30,878 bases of DNA from a virus: the UHGV virus genome UHGV-1533542. The stretch is one strand, 5' to 3'. This document shows, one piece after another, positions 24,407 to 30,878 of this stretch. The translations under genes and the position numbers were made by a program. Under the pieces are notes generated by a model. The model saw only the letters and a program-made list of their open reading frames with translations. It had not been told where the DNA came from and searched no databases. The number at the start of each line of letters is the position of its first letter. The first letter of the stretch is position 1.

Positions 24407-26082
24407 TGTGATTGCCCACCCTGACCACTAACTGCATTCGCCATAGCTGACAACACACTCGGATCCGAAGTTTTAGCTTCGCTTAGCGTCTTGGCCCCCT
24501 GTGCCGCCGCCATCCCCATCGCCATCATTTGTTGCTGCTGTTGTTGCTGTGCCCGTTGCTGGCGAGCCTGCTCAACCTGTTCCTGCGGAACAATGACGGT
24601 TGGAGACACTCCGGACATATCAGCGAATGCATCGATCGCCTGATCAACGTTGAGTTTGTCGAGAGCTTCTGGTTTCGCTTGCGCAAGTTGACCAATGAAG
24701 TTAACCGTGGACGCCAGACTGGACAGGCCGATAGACTTCTGCGCCTGAGCCATGACGGAAATGTATTCGACCTTCAGGGGCATGCCTTCCATCGCGTCAG
24801 GCGGTGGCGGCAGCATGTTTTTGCGCACCATCATCGAGAAAGCGCGGTCAATGAGAGGATTAAGACATTCGTCGTTCAGACGCTCCAGAACCGGCCCCAA
24901 CATCAGAAGTTTTTCTTCTTTCATTTCGATCACCGCTTCAACAGGCATCGAGCGGGTATTGATGTTCTGCAACATCATGAACAGATCGACAAAGTAGGCG
25001 CTGTTAATGATTTGACGAGTGTCCTGAATGTCTGCCACCAAATCTGCTGTACTGGGGTTAACCAGATAAGCAGGCCTGAAGCCATCCTGACCAGTAATCT
25101 GATCGATATACGTGATGTCGCCAGGAAGAAGGGAGGCGCGCTGATTCTTGAGGGAAGTCGGAGCAACCATCGGCGGATTGGTGGCTTTATCAATCAACTG
25201 CGACTTGCGCTTCTGGAGAAGCTGCAATGCCTTAACAGGTCCAAGCGCCAGCATACCCGGGCATGATGATCCATAAACATCTTCGCCGTTAACTTCCCAG
25301 CGCGGAGCCATAATTGGAAACTCATCGAATCCGGACTCACGCAACAACTTGTCGTTATCTCCACCAACCTCGTAATAAACCGATTTGAATGGCTTGTTCT
25401 TGCTATCCAGCTTCGATGTATCGCGGTCAATGTTCGGGTAAACCGAATGCATCACTTCGATCCACTTCTCGTAGGTGCCGCTTTCCCACATGCTTTTTAC
25501 GGATTCGCTGACGTTATTTAGCCCGAACTCCTGAACAAGCTGACGAACAGTCATAGAGAACTTGCGAAAACAGGTGTCAACACTGCCACGAGGTGAGTTA
25601 GCCAGGTAGTAACTGCCTATCGGGAATGGCATTGTGCGAATGATGTCCTCGTCATCCTCCAGCACTGCCATTGCACCAGTGCTGTATGTGCCGAGGCTTC
25701 CGTATAACTGCGGAAGAGACTGGTAGAGATTCGACTTATTGAACATATCGTTCATGCGGTTCTGAACTGCCTCAAGCCACAACTTAACAGGGCCATAATC
25801 CATCATTTCAGGATCTGGCGTAGCCAGGCGAAACCACGGACGCGCGGGGCTTGTGATGCCTGACATCATGCCGCTGGCGAGAGTGCGCGCCGCCATAGTC
25901 CCGGTCGAATCAATAATGCGTGTATTGCGCCGATCGTTACGGTTGGCCTCAGAAGTCAGAAAGCGGGAACCACGCGGGTTGATGTAATCACTCAACTCGC
26001 GCCAGTGCGGCTCGAACGACTGACGCTCGCTTTCAAGTTGTGCGAACTGTTTGTTCAATCGCTCTTTAGTTGTTTCCGCCAT
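24403..26082 (-). CDS. portal (head-to-tail connector) protein, T7 gp8-like
   Basis: 559 aa; Gln/Ala/Met-rich C-terminal tail (QQRAQQQQQQQMMAMGMAAAQGAK) like the T7 gp8 C-terminus as I recall it; located between terminase and scaffold. Confidence 0.88.
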   Translation of the reverse strand: MAETTKERLNKQFAQLESERQSFEPHWRELSDYINPRGSRFLTSEANRNDRRNTRIIDSTGTMAARTLASGMMSGITSPARPWFRLATPDPEMMDYGPVKLWLEAVQNRMNDMFNKSNLYQSLPQLYGSLGTYSTGAMAVLEDDEDIIRTMPFPIGSYYLANSPRGSVDTCFRKFSMTVRQLVQEFGLNNVSESVKSMWESGTYEKWIEVMHSVYPNIDRDTSKLDSKNKPFKSVYYEVGGDNDKLLRESGFDEFPIMAPRWEVNGEDVYGSSCPGMLALGPVKALQLLQKRKSQLIDKATNPPMVAPTSLKNQRASLLPGDITYIDQITGQDGFRPAYLVNPSTADLVADIQDTRQIINSAYFVDLFMMLQNINTRSMPVEAVIEMKEEKLLMLGPVLERLNDECLNPLIDRAFSMMVRKNMLPPPPDAMEGMPLKVEYISVMAQAQKSIGLSSLASTVNFIGQLAQAKPEALDKLNVDQAIDAFADMSGVSPTVIVPQEQVEQARQQRAQQQQQQQMMAMGMAAAQGAKTLSEAKTSDPSVLSAMANAVSGQGGQSQ

Positions 26083-26096
26083 TTCAATGACTCCGG

Positions 26097-26303
26097 TTAC
26101 TGACCAAGCAGCGTTTTACCGCTGGTATTAGCGGTTGATGTGTCGCCCTGAGAACCGGTAAGCAGCGTAGAACTACGACCAGCAGCAGCGCGACGGCGAC
26201 GTGTTTCTTCGTCGCGGGCATCAACAACGGCAGCATCCTGCTCCTGTGGTGCTGCCTGAACTTCTGGTGTTGCAGGCACTGATGGTGAGCTACCCATGCA
26301 CAT
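26097..26303 (-). CDS. small Ala/Pro-rich protein upstream of portal (68 aa)
   Basis: ATG 26303 with SD GGAG 9 nt upstream; stop 14 nt before portal ATG; may be the first gene of the head operon. Confidence 0.4.
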   Translation of the reverse strand: MCMGSSPSVPATPEVQAAPQEQDAAVVDARDEETRRRRAAAGRSSTLLTGSQGDTSTANTSGKTLLGQ

Positions 26304-26393
26304 ATCAATGACTCCGTACGCAATTAAATTATTACCAATTTAACCACATATGATTTATTTATCGTAGATAGTTGACATTTAACGCGCGAATTA

Positions 26394-26408
26394 TTACCTT
26401 TCAGGTAA
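26394..26408. promoter_or_regulatory. ATTACC-N5-GGTAAT dyad, copy c (TTACC-TTTCA-GGTAA)
   Basis: Perfect TTACC-N5-GGTAA 17 bp downstream of a TTGACA hexamer (26372-26377), between the divergent head operon and the plus-strand tRNA unit. Confidence 0.5.
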
Positions 26409-26730
26409 CTAAAGAGTTCATTCCGGTTACTAACCTGACTGGCTTGTCGTTAAATTGAACAGGTGGAGTGAGCTTTTATTTTGAGCAGTACGGCGTATGG
26501 CACATGCGACGATAGCGGTCTGGATACGTTTAAGGGGCACCCTCCCTTGCTCGGGCAAACGAACCAGGTAGCCGGAATGTGCAAGTCGAGCGGTTTTATT
26601 CCGCGCACGGGGATTCACCATCCCGGCGATTCGGTGTGACGCCTCGGAAGAGACGAGGGTACAACGATGAGAGCATTTATGGAGCCGCGACAAAGTGTGG
26701 TGCCTTAACAGGCTAAGTGCTCTCAGCGTT
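26409..26730 (+). other. ~320-nt noncoding, GC-rich region between operator copy c and the tRNA (possible tRNA-precursor leader or sRNA)
   Basis: No ORF longer than about 25 codons with an RBS on the plus strand; several local hairpins; minus-strand ORF 26430-26693 is R/H/C-rich and judged spurious. Confidence 0.2.
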
Positions 26731-26807
26731 GTGGCATTAGCTCAGTTGGACAGAGCAACCGCCTTCTAAGCGGTTGGTCGCAGGTTCGAATCCTGCATGC
26801 CACGCCA
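26731..26807 (+). tRNA. tRNA-Arg (anticodon UCU), phage-encoded
   Basis: Cloverleaf read by eye: acceptor GTGGCAT/ATGCCAC, D-arm GCTC..GAGC, anticodon stem ACCGC/GCGGT with loop CTTCTAA (anticodon TCT), T-arm GCAGG-TTCGAAT-CCTGC, encoded CCA; body close to but distinct from E. coli argU as I recall it. Confidence 0.88.
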
Positions 26808-26970
26808 GAATCACGCCTAAGGACCGTGATGCCAGAAGTTCCAGGGGCTTGGCGGTGATGGTTTCCCTTGAAGGACTATCACCGCCCTTTTTACAGCAGG
26901 ACGCCATTGCGATGACTTCATGCTGTAAACCAGTACAGCCACGGAAGGCATAACTCATTGCTTCCAGTTC

Positions 26971-26994
26971 GCCCGGTTCGCCGGGCATTTTTTT
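26971..26994 (+). terminator. intrinsic terminator downstream of tRNA, abutting the RBS of the 27006 gene
   Basis: GCCCGG-TTCG-CCGGGC followed by ATTTTTTT, which runs into SD AAGGTG; a second weaker hairpin GGCGGTGAT...ATCACCGCC + CTTTTT at about 26851-26890. Confidence 0.6.
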
Positions 26995-27005
26995 AAGGTG
27001 AGATT

Positions 27006-27428
27006 ATGAAGACAATTGATATGTTGGCTAAGTATCTAAATGAATGGCCATTAAAATATTCTCGTATCGTTCAGGCTGAAGACTGCGTTTTTTATGGCGT
27101 TTTTGCTGGTAATGAAATGCATTACGAAGTAATTCAGAGTGAGGGACTGACCGGGTTAACTCTTAGCGAAGACCATGGTACTAGCGTTACGTTCCATGAC
27201 TGGATAACAGCACAACGTTCTGAAATGGAAAAAGGCGATGTGTTTGATATTTCTCGCTCTGTATACGCCAAAGAAAAAAGTGATGATGATTACATGCGCG
27301 AAAACTTATACAACATGAAGTTACAATGCCTGGCTGAAGTGCTTAGTAAAAGATCTTTACTTGATGTGGTTGGTGCTGAGCAGGACGCCAAGGCAATCAA
27401 CGCCGCATTCGATAAAATAACCTTCTAA
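27006..27428 (+). CDS. 140-aa acidic cytoplasmic protein, unknown function (moron between terminase and portal)
   Basis: ATG with SD AAGGTG; no TM or signal peptide; about 24 Asp/Glu vs 15 Lys/Arg; opposite strand to flanking virion genes; followed by palindrome and terminator. Confidence 0.7.
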   Translation: MKTIDMLAKYLNEWPLKYSRIVQAEDCVFYGVFAGNEMHYEVIQSEGLTGLTLSEDHGTSVTFHDWITAQRSEMEKGDVFDISRSVYAKEKSDDDYMRENLYNMKLQCLAEVLSKRSLLDVVGAEQDAKAINAAFDKITF

Positions 27429-27432
27429 CGCA

Positions 27433-27444
27433 GTGACATGTCAC
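27433..27444. repeat. perfect 12-bp palindrome GTGACATGTCAC, copy ii
   Basis: Exact copy 5 bp after the stop at 27428 and 5 bp before terminator hairpin 27449-27476. Confidence 0.8.
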
Positions 27445-27448
27445 AAAC

Positions 27449-27476
27449 AGCCAGCCGATGAGCTGGCTTTGTTTTA
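27449..27476. terminator. intrinsic terminator (bidirectional candidate) between the 140-aa gene and terL
   Basis: Stem AGCCAGC/GCTGGCT with 6-nt loop followed by TTTGTTTTA on the plus strand; A-rich on the other side. Confidence 0.65.
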
Positions 27477-27518
27477 TCCTCATCAGAGGATATCAACGAC
27501 ATTATCCCCACCAGCGGA

Positions 27519-28994
27519 TTAAGCATAGGGATCGTAATCTGTGATGGCCTTGCCTTGCTGGTTCTGCTGACCGGGAATTCGCAGACGCTTCGACACAGGG
27601 AACGCAAACGTCAGCAGTAGCGCATCGCCTTTACCAGGAGAACGCCCAAGCCGCTCCTTGATATCTTCCTTCTGTTCGATAATGATTTTACCGTCCACGC
27701 GAACTTTGTACTCTGCCGCCGACAGGTCGTCCGCTGTTTCCTGGTCATCCAGCATGCCGCCCAGCCTCAGCCATGTCTTGCATGAATTGAACATCTCCCC
27801 ACGCTTGTTGAGCATCTGCGGGTCAGTAGACGCGCCACCGAACGGAACAAGTTGCCATGTACGACCCCATCCGTCACCGATTGACTTCAAACCGGTTCCG
27901 TAACCGAAGTCGATGAACACCGCGTCAGCCTGATACTGGTCTTCAAAGTCAGCGATACGCTTTGCCATAATCAGATCGTCAGTGGTCTTGTTGCCAGTCC
28001 ACAGCACCTTACTGTGCAGCCCCTGCCGCAGGTATATCACAGCGTCATCAACGCCTGAGTATGCCGGGTCAACGCCGATTATCACCGGAGCATGTGCAAC
28101 CTGCGCAGCGGTGACCACCCGTTTCATTGCCTCGTCAGTAAGTCCGGTAGGGATAAACTGCAATTCAGATGCATCCGGGAATATGCCGCGCACACGGATT
28201 TTAACGAAGTCGCTGTCTTCCCCGTAGTCATCAACCCATTTCTGCAACTGCTGTTTGTTGGTGCCTTCCACCGTCCGGCTGTCAATCTGCGCAGTTTTCC
28301 AGCGGTGTTTATATTTGCGGAAACATTCGCGGAAACGTCCGGTATTACGCGTCGGGTTTCCGAACGCCACCCAGATAATCTCAGTGTCTTCGTCCGTTAG
28401 CGCACCCTCGGCAACTTCCCACACCAGATCCGCAATGTTCGACGCTTCATCGAATACCACGATGATGCGTTTGCGCTCGTTGTGTAGTCCGGCGAATGCC
28501 TCAGTGTTGTGCTCAGACCAGGGTATTGCGTCAGCTCGCCACCGCTTGTCGTGTCCAGGATCATTGCTGTACATCGCGGTAGCGGTACAGGTAAACCAGT
28601 CTTTCGTGATAGCAAGGTTCGACCACTTGATAATTTCCGGCCAGGTCTTCGTTCGTAGCTGGTTGTCGGTGTTGGCGGTCACCACAACCTTACAATCCTC
28701 GCAAGTGGACATGCCCCAGTTGATCAGCATTGAGATGAATGCGGATTTACCAATACCGTGACCCGAAGCGCGTGCCAGCATAAGCGGCTGATAGCGCGTC
28801 TCTGGATTCTGCAGGTGATCACGTATCTCTCGGAACGCATCAGCCTGCCACTGACGTGGACCGGTGGCATGTGCCAGTTCAGTCCCATCTTCCCCCCACG
28901 GGAACGCATAGAGGGCATAGCCAAGCGGATCGTGAGTGAACCCTGCAATATCCTCGATTAACTGCTCTTCAGGAGATAACGCTGTATCTGTCAC
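27519..28994 (-). CDS. terminase large subunit
   Basis: 491 aa; Walker A-like SGHGIGKS in N-terminal ATPase part, acidic nuclease-type C-terminal part; GTG start overlaps terS stop; directly upstream of portal module. Confidence 0.92.
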   Translation of the reverse strand: MTDTALSPEEQLIEDIAGFTHDPLGYALYAFPWGEDGTELAHATGPRQWQADAFREIRDHLQNPETRYQPLMLARASGHGIGKSAFISMLINWGMSTCEDCKVVVTANTDNQLRTKTWPEIIKWSNLAITKDWFTCTATAMYSNDPGHDKRWRADAIPWSEHNTEAFAGLHNERKRIIVVFDEASNIADLVWEVAEGALTDEDTEIIWVAFGNPTRNTGRFRECFRKYKHRWKTAQIDSRTVEGTNKQQLQKWVDDYGEDSDFVKIRVRGIFPDASELQFIPTGLTDEAMKRVVTAAQVAHAPVIIGVDPAYSGVDDAVIYLRQGLHSKVLWTGNKTTDDLIMAKRIADFEDQYQADAVFIDFGYGTGLKSIGDGWGRTWQLVPFGGASTDPQMLNKRGEMFNSCKTWLRLGGMLDDQETADDLSAAEYKVRVDGKIIIEQKEDIKERLGRSPGKGDALLLTFAFPVSKRLRIPGQQNQQGKAITDYDPYA

Positions 28995-29587
28995 TGATTA
29001 CCATCCTGACGTTCTTTGAGTCGCTTCCTGGCTGCTGCTATGCGATCAGCAATTGTCACATTCACATTAACATCCAGACGTTCTTTGAATGCGTTGACAT
29101 CAACATGCTTACCAATCAGCTCAAGGTTCTTCACCTTGTCAGGCCATTTAATTTTTTTGAGGATTGTCTCTATTGAATCCTCGTTCATGTTCATGATGGT
29201 CGATGACAGATCAAAGCCACTAAGCGTAGTGCGCCAGATTTTCGGCCACTCACGGATTGGTTTAAGGCTCCCATCGTCGTTGAGGATGTCGATCACGTCC
29301 ATCTGGTCGATCTCCACCAGGCGCATGAGAACGTAATCAGCACTGACACGCATTCGTTTGTTGCGCTCCTCCATCAACTCGGCAATCCGTTTCTGAATGC
29401 GTTCATCGCGCATCATGACACTGGCTTTAACTGCCGCTGTATTTGGGGAGAATCCTGCGTTAATCGCAGCCTGAGTCTGGTTTTCAGGCGTTTTGATGTA
29501 TGACTGGCAATAAGCCTCCTGCATTGCTGTGAGCGGCTTAAATTGCGTTGATTTGCGTTTATAGGTTTTAGGTTCAGCAGGCATCAT
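28991..29587 (-). CDS. terminase small subunit
   Basis: Start set at ATG 29587 (MMPAEPK...) because the TTG-opened extension to 29665 contains an intrinsic terminator; HTH-type segment TAMQEAYCQSYIKTPENQTQAAINAGFS typical of small terminases (memory). Confidence 0.8.
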   Translation of the reverse strand: MMPAEPKTYKRKSTQFKPLTAMQEAYCQSYIKTPENQTQAAINAGFSPNTAAVKASVMMRDERIQKRIAELMEERNKRMRVSADYVLMRLVEIDQMDVIDILNDDGSLKPIREWPKIWRTTLSGFDLSSTIMNMNEDSIETILKKIKWPDKVKNLELIGKHVDVNAFKERLDVNVNVTIADRIAAARKRLKERQDGNQ

Positions 29588-29630
29588 AACCACCGTGGTA
29601 ATTGTTACCGTTGTGGTAATAGTACCATGC

Positions 29631-29656
29631 AAAATAAAGCCGCCATAGTTGGCGGC
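29631..29656 (-). terminator. intrinsic terminator immediately upstream of terS
   Basis: GCCGCC-ATAGTT-GGCGGC hairpin followed on the minus strand by TTTATTTT; lies between the nin-like genes and the terS ATG. Confidence 0.6.
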
Positions 29657-29697
29657 AGTATTCAAAATCCATCAAATTCATCATGCATAATCTACTC

Positions 29698-29709
29698 GTG
29701 ACATGTCAC
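29698..29709. repeat. perfect 12-bp palindrome GTGACATGTCAC, copy iii
   Basis: Exact copy overlapping the stop codon of the 112-aa Zn-finger gene, about 40 bp upstream (minus sense) of the pre-terS terminator. Confidence 0.8.
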
Positions 29710-30044
29710 ACTATTAATTTCGTTTCATGCCAGCCTTTAGTCACCCAGCATTGCGAGTCACCATTACACGGGCATGAATTAACTGGAACTCTCTCGCCGC
29801 ACTTACCGCAACGTTTTCTGCTGATCGATTTTATACGCCCGCGCACGCGTGCATCATCCTGGCGGATCAGTAACGCTATATACTCACCAAATTCGTAAGG
29901 CGCACGCCCGGGGCGACGCGTGGCACAGTTACGCTCCAGCATTTCAATTTCCTGAGCATCAAGCACAATCTCCAGCTTACGCACACCAGATGCAGCTTGT
30001 CTGGCTCTCTGAGCGGCTTTGCGCTCTGCTGCTGATTTAGCCAT
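29706..30044 (-). CDS. 112-aa basic protein with C-terminal Cys4 zinc-finger-like motif (possible late-gene regulator)
   Basis: ATG 30044 with SD AAGGT (ORF opens at TTG 30047); N-terminal basic helical region; C-terminal CGKCG...CPC; last gene before terS. Confidence 0.55.
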   Translation of the reverse strand: MAKSAAERKAAQRARQAASGVRKLEIVLDAQEIEMLERNCATRRPGRAPYEFGEYIALLIRQDDARVRGRIKSISRKRCGKCGERVPVNSCPCNGDSQCWVTKGWHETKLIV

Positions 30045-30318
30045 CAATATTTACCTTTATCGCGAACACCTTTACCGGTTTATCACCGAAGTGCGGATGT
30101 GTGATTGTCTTGATTTCATATCCGTCATACGGGACGTCAATTCTTCGGCTGGAATCGTCGCGCTTCGGATATCCCTTTGTGATAATCAGGCGGTCATACT
30201 CCCGGAACATAATTCGCTTATTCCAGTAGTCATTACACAGGCGATACTCTTCCGTTTTCTCTCCACGAATCATGGCATCGAAGTATTCACCTTTGACGGC
30301 AAGTTGCAGGTTAGCCAT
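30037..30318 (-). CDS. ASCH/DUF3850-like small protein (93 aa from ATG 30318)
   Basis: ATG 30318 with SD GGAGGTG 5 nt upstream, overlapping upstream stop (TAATG); family assignment from memory, low certainty. Confidence 0.5.
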   Translation of the reverse strand: MANLQLAVKGEYFDAMIRGEKTEEYRLCNDYWNKRIMFREYDRLIITKGYPKRDDSSRRIDVPYDGYEIKTITHPHFGDKPVKVFAIKVNIDG

Positions 30319-30578
30319 TACCGCACCTCCAGTCTCCATACCGCCTGACCAATCCGGCTGGCATAGGTATCTTTGGATACTGCTCCGTCTTTAGCCAGCT
30401 CCATAAGAATTTTGCGCAAATCTGCCGAACGCCATTCTTCATCAGGAAATTCCTTCTCCATTGCCAACCGCAGATTCCAGGTTGCTATCGTGAATGGATA
30501 TTCCCCGCCGAGAGCTTTATCTTGCAGGGCAGCCCGGGAACGCATCACCTGCAAAACCTTCTCTTTTACATCCATCAT
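30318..30578 (-). CDS. 86-aa nin-region-like protein, function unknown
   Basis: ATG 30578 overlaps upstream stop (ATGA); the longer ORF to 30722 has an Arg-rich N-terminal extension judged non-coding. Confidence 0.5.
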   Translation of the reverse strand: MMDVKEKVLQVMRSRAALQDKALGGEYPFTIATWNLRLAMEKEFPDEEWRSADLRKILMELAKDGAVSKDTYASRIGQAVWRLEVR

Positions 30579-30871
30579 TTCGCCCCCTTCGGAGGTTCTG
30601 GCAACGTCATCCAGAACAAGACGTTCCCTAACCACGATAAAGTGCCGTCGCTCAACTCCACGTATTCCCCTTGCACCTGTCCTGCCATATACTCGCCGTG
30701 CTTTGAATAAATTAAAATCCAATCATCTTGAGGGGGCATTCGCTCACTACAGCTTATCCAACCATCCGGAATTACCGGAGAGTTGCCGGGTTCTTTAATG
30801 TGCAAGCGAGGCTCACCATCTTTTGGCTCAGGCCACTGGCGCTCCATGTTGATCTTCAATTTATCTTCCAT
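30575..30871 (-). CDS. DUF551-like protein (lambdoid nin-region family)
   Basis: C-terminal WMTLPEPPKG resembles the conserved W-M-P-LPEPP end of DUF551 proteins (memory); start at window edge not assessable. Confidence 0.6.
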   Translation of the reverse strand: MEDKLKINMERQWPEPKDGEPRLHIKEPGNSPVIPDGWISCSERMPPQDDWILIYSKHGEYMAGQVQGEYVELSDGTLSWLGNVLFWMTLPEPPKGAK

Positions 30872-30878
30872 AGCAACG

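Larger units (their letters stand above)
2146..30878. mobile_element. prophage (partial): late/morphogenesis, accessory and lysis regions of a temperate podovirus-like phage; right end runs off the window, left boundary uncertain (about 2.0-2.2 kb)
   Basis: Contiguous minus-strand terminase, portal, scaffold, capsid, tail, internal virion protein, tailspike, holin, endolysin and spanin genes with translational coupling; no integrase or att repeat visible in window. Confidence 0.85.

Noticed and set aside
24529-25266. 245-aa plus-strand ORF inside the portal gene
   Set aside because: Antisense shadow ORF within a well-supported coding region; Arg/His/Leu-rich, no RBS, no coupling to neighbours
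26731-26807. tRNA-Arg as the prophage integration target (attB/attL)
   Set aside because: The tRNA lies between terL and portal inside a continuous morphogenesis module, not at a prophage end; no flanking direct repeat of its 3' end seen; treated as phage-encoded
26737-26988. 83-aa minus-strand ORF overlapping the tRNA
   Set aside because: Overlaps a well-formed tRNA-Arg and two terminator hairpins on the opposite strand; judged spurious
29588-29665. N-terminal extension of terS from TTG 29665
   Set aside because: Extension encodes a low-complexity Thr/Val/Ile run and contains a hairpin with T-tract (terminator 29631-29656); ATG 29587 preferred
1-30878. CRISPR arrays, rRNA genes, IS elements, integrase
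   Set aside because: No tandem spaced direct repeats, no rRNA-like conserved stretches, no transposase or integrase-like ORF or terminal inverted repeats found by eye in this window

Overview
Almost the whole window is a prophage segment: the late (virion plus lysis) region of a temperate podovirus-like phage, transcribed right-to-left on the minus strand. Gene order and a T7-gp8-like portal C-terminus resemble the T7 supergroup / epsilon15-like temperate podoviruses; this is recognised from memory, no database search was run. Right to left: nin-like small genes (DUF551-like, ASCH-like, Zn-finger protein), small and large terminase, an inserted plus-strand unit (noncoding leader, tRNA-Arg(UCU), 140-aa acidic protein), portal, scaffold, major capsid, minor head/tail genes, five internal virion/ejection proteins and a 46-aa membrane micropeptide. 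Then comes a plus-strand accessory island (LexA-box-controlled 85-aa protein, Bro-N antirepressor-like protein, YafO-like toxin candidate) with a divergent Zn-ribbon membrane protein, followed by a separate tailspike-lysis unit (tailspike with C-terminal auto-chaperone domain, two holin-like proteins, GH19 endolysin, embedded Rz/Rz1). The left ~2 kb holds a glycine-zipper lipoprotein gene and a secreted coiled-coil protein gene behind an AT-rich region. No integrase, att site, CRISPR array or rRNA was seen. The three strongest sequence-level signals are: a near-consensus LexA box in front of a small gene paralogous to the C-terminal domain of the Bro-N protein; an ATTACC-N5-GGTAAT dyad recurring at five intergenic sites upstream of accessory genes; and three copies of the perfect palindrome GTGACATGTCAC, each paired with an intrinsic terminator at a module junction. 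All functional calls are inferences from motifs and architecture; motif coordinates may be off by 1-2 nt.
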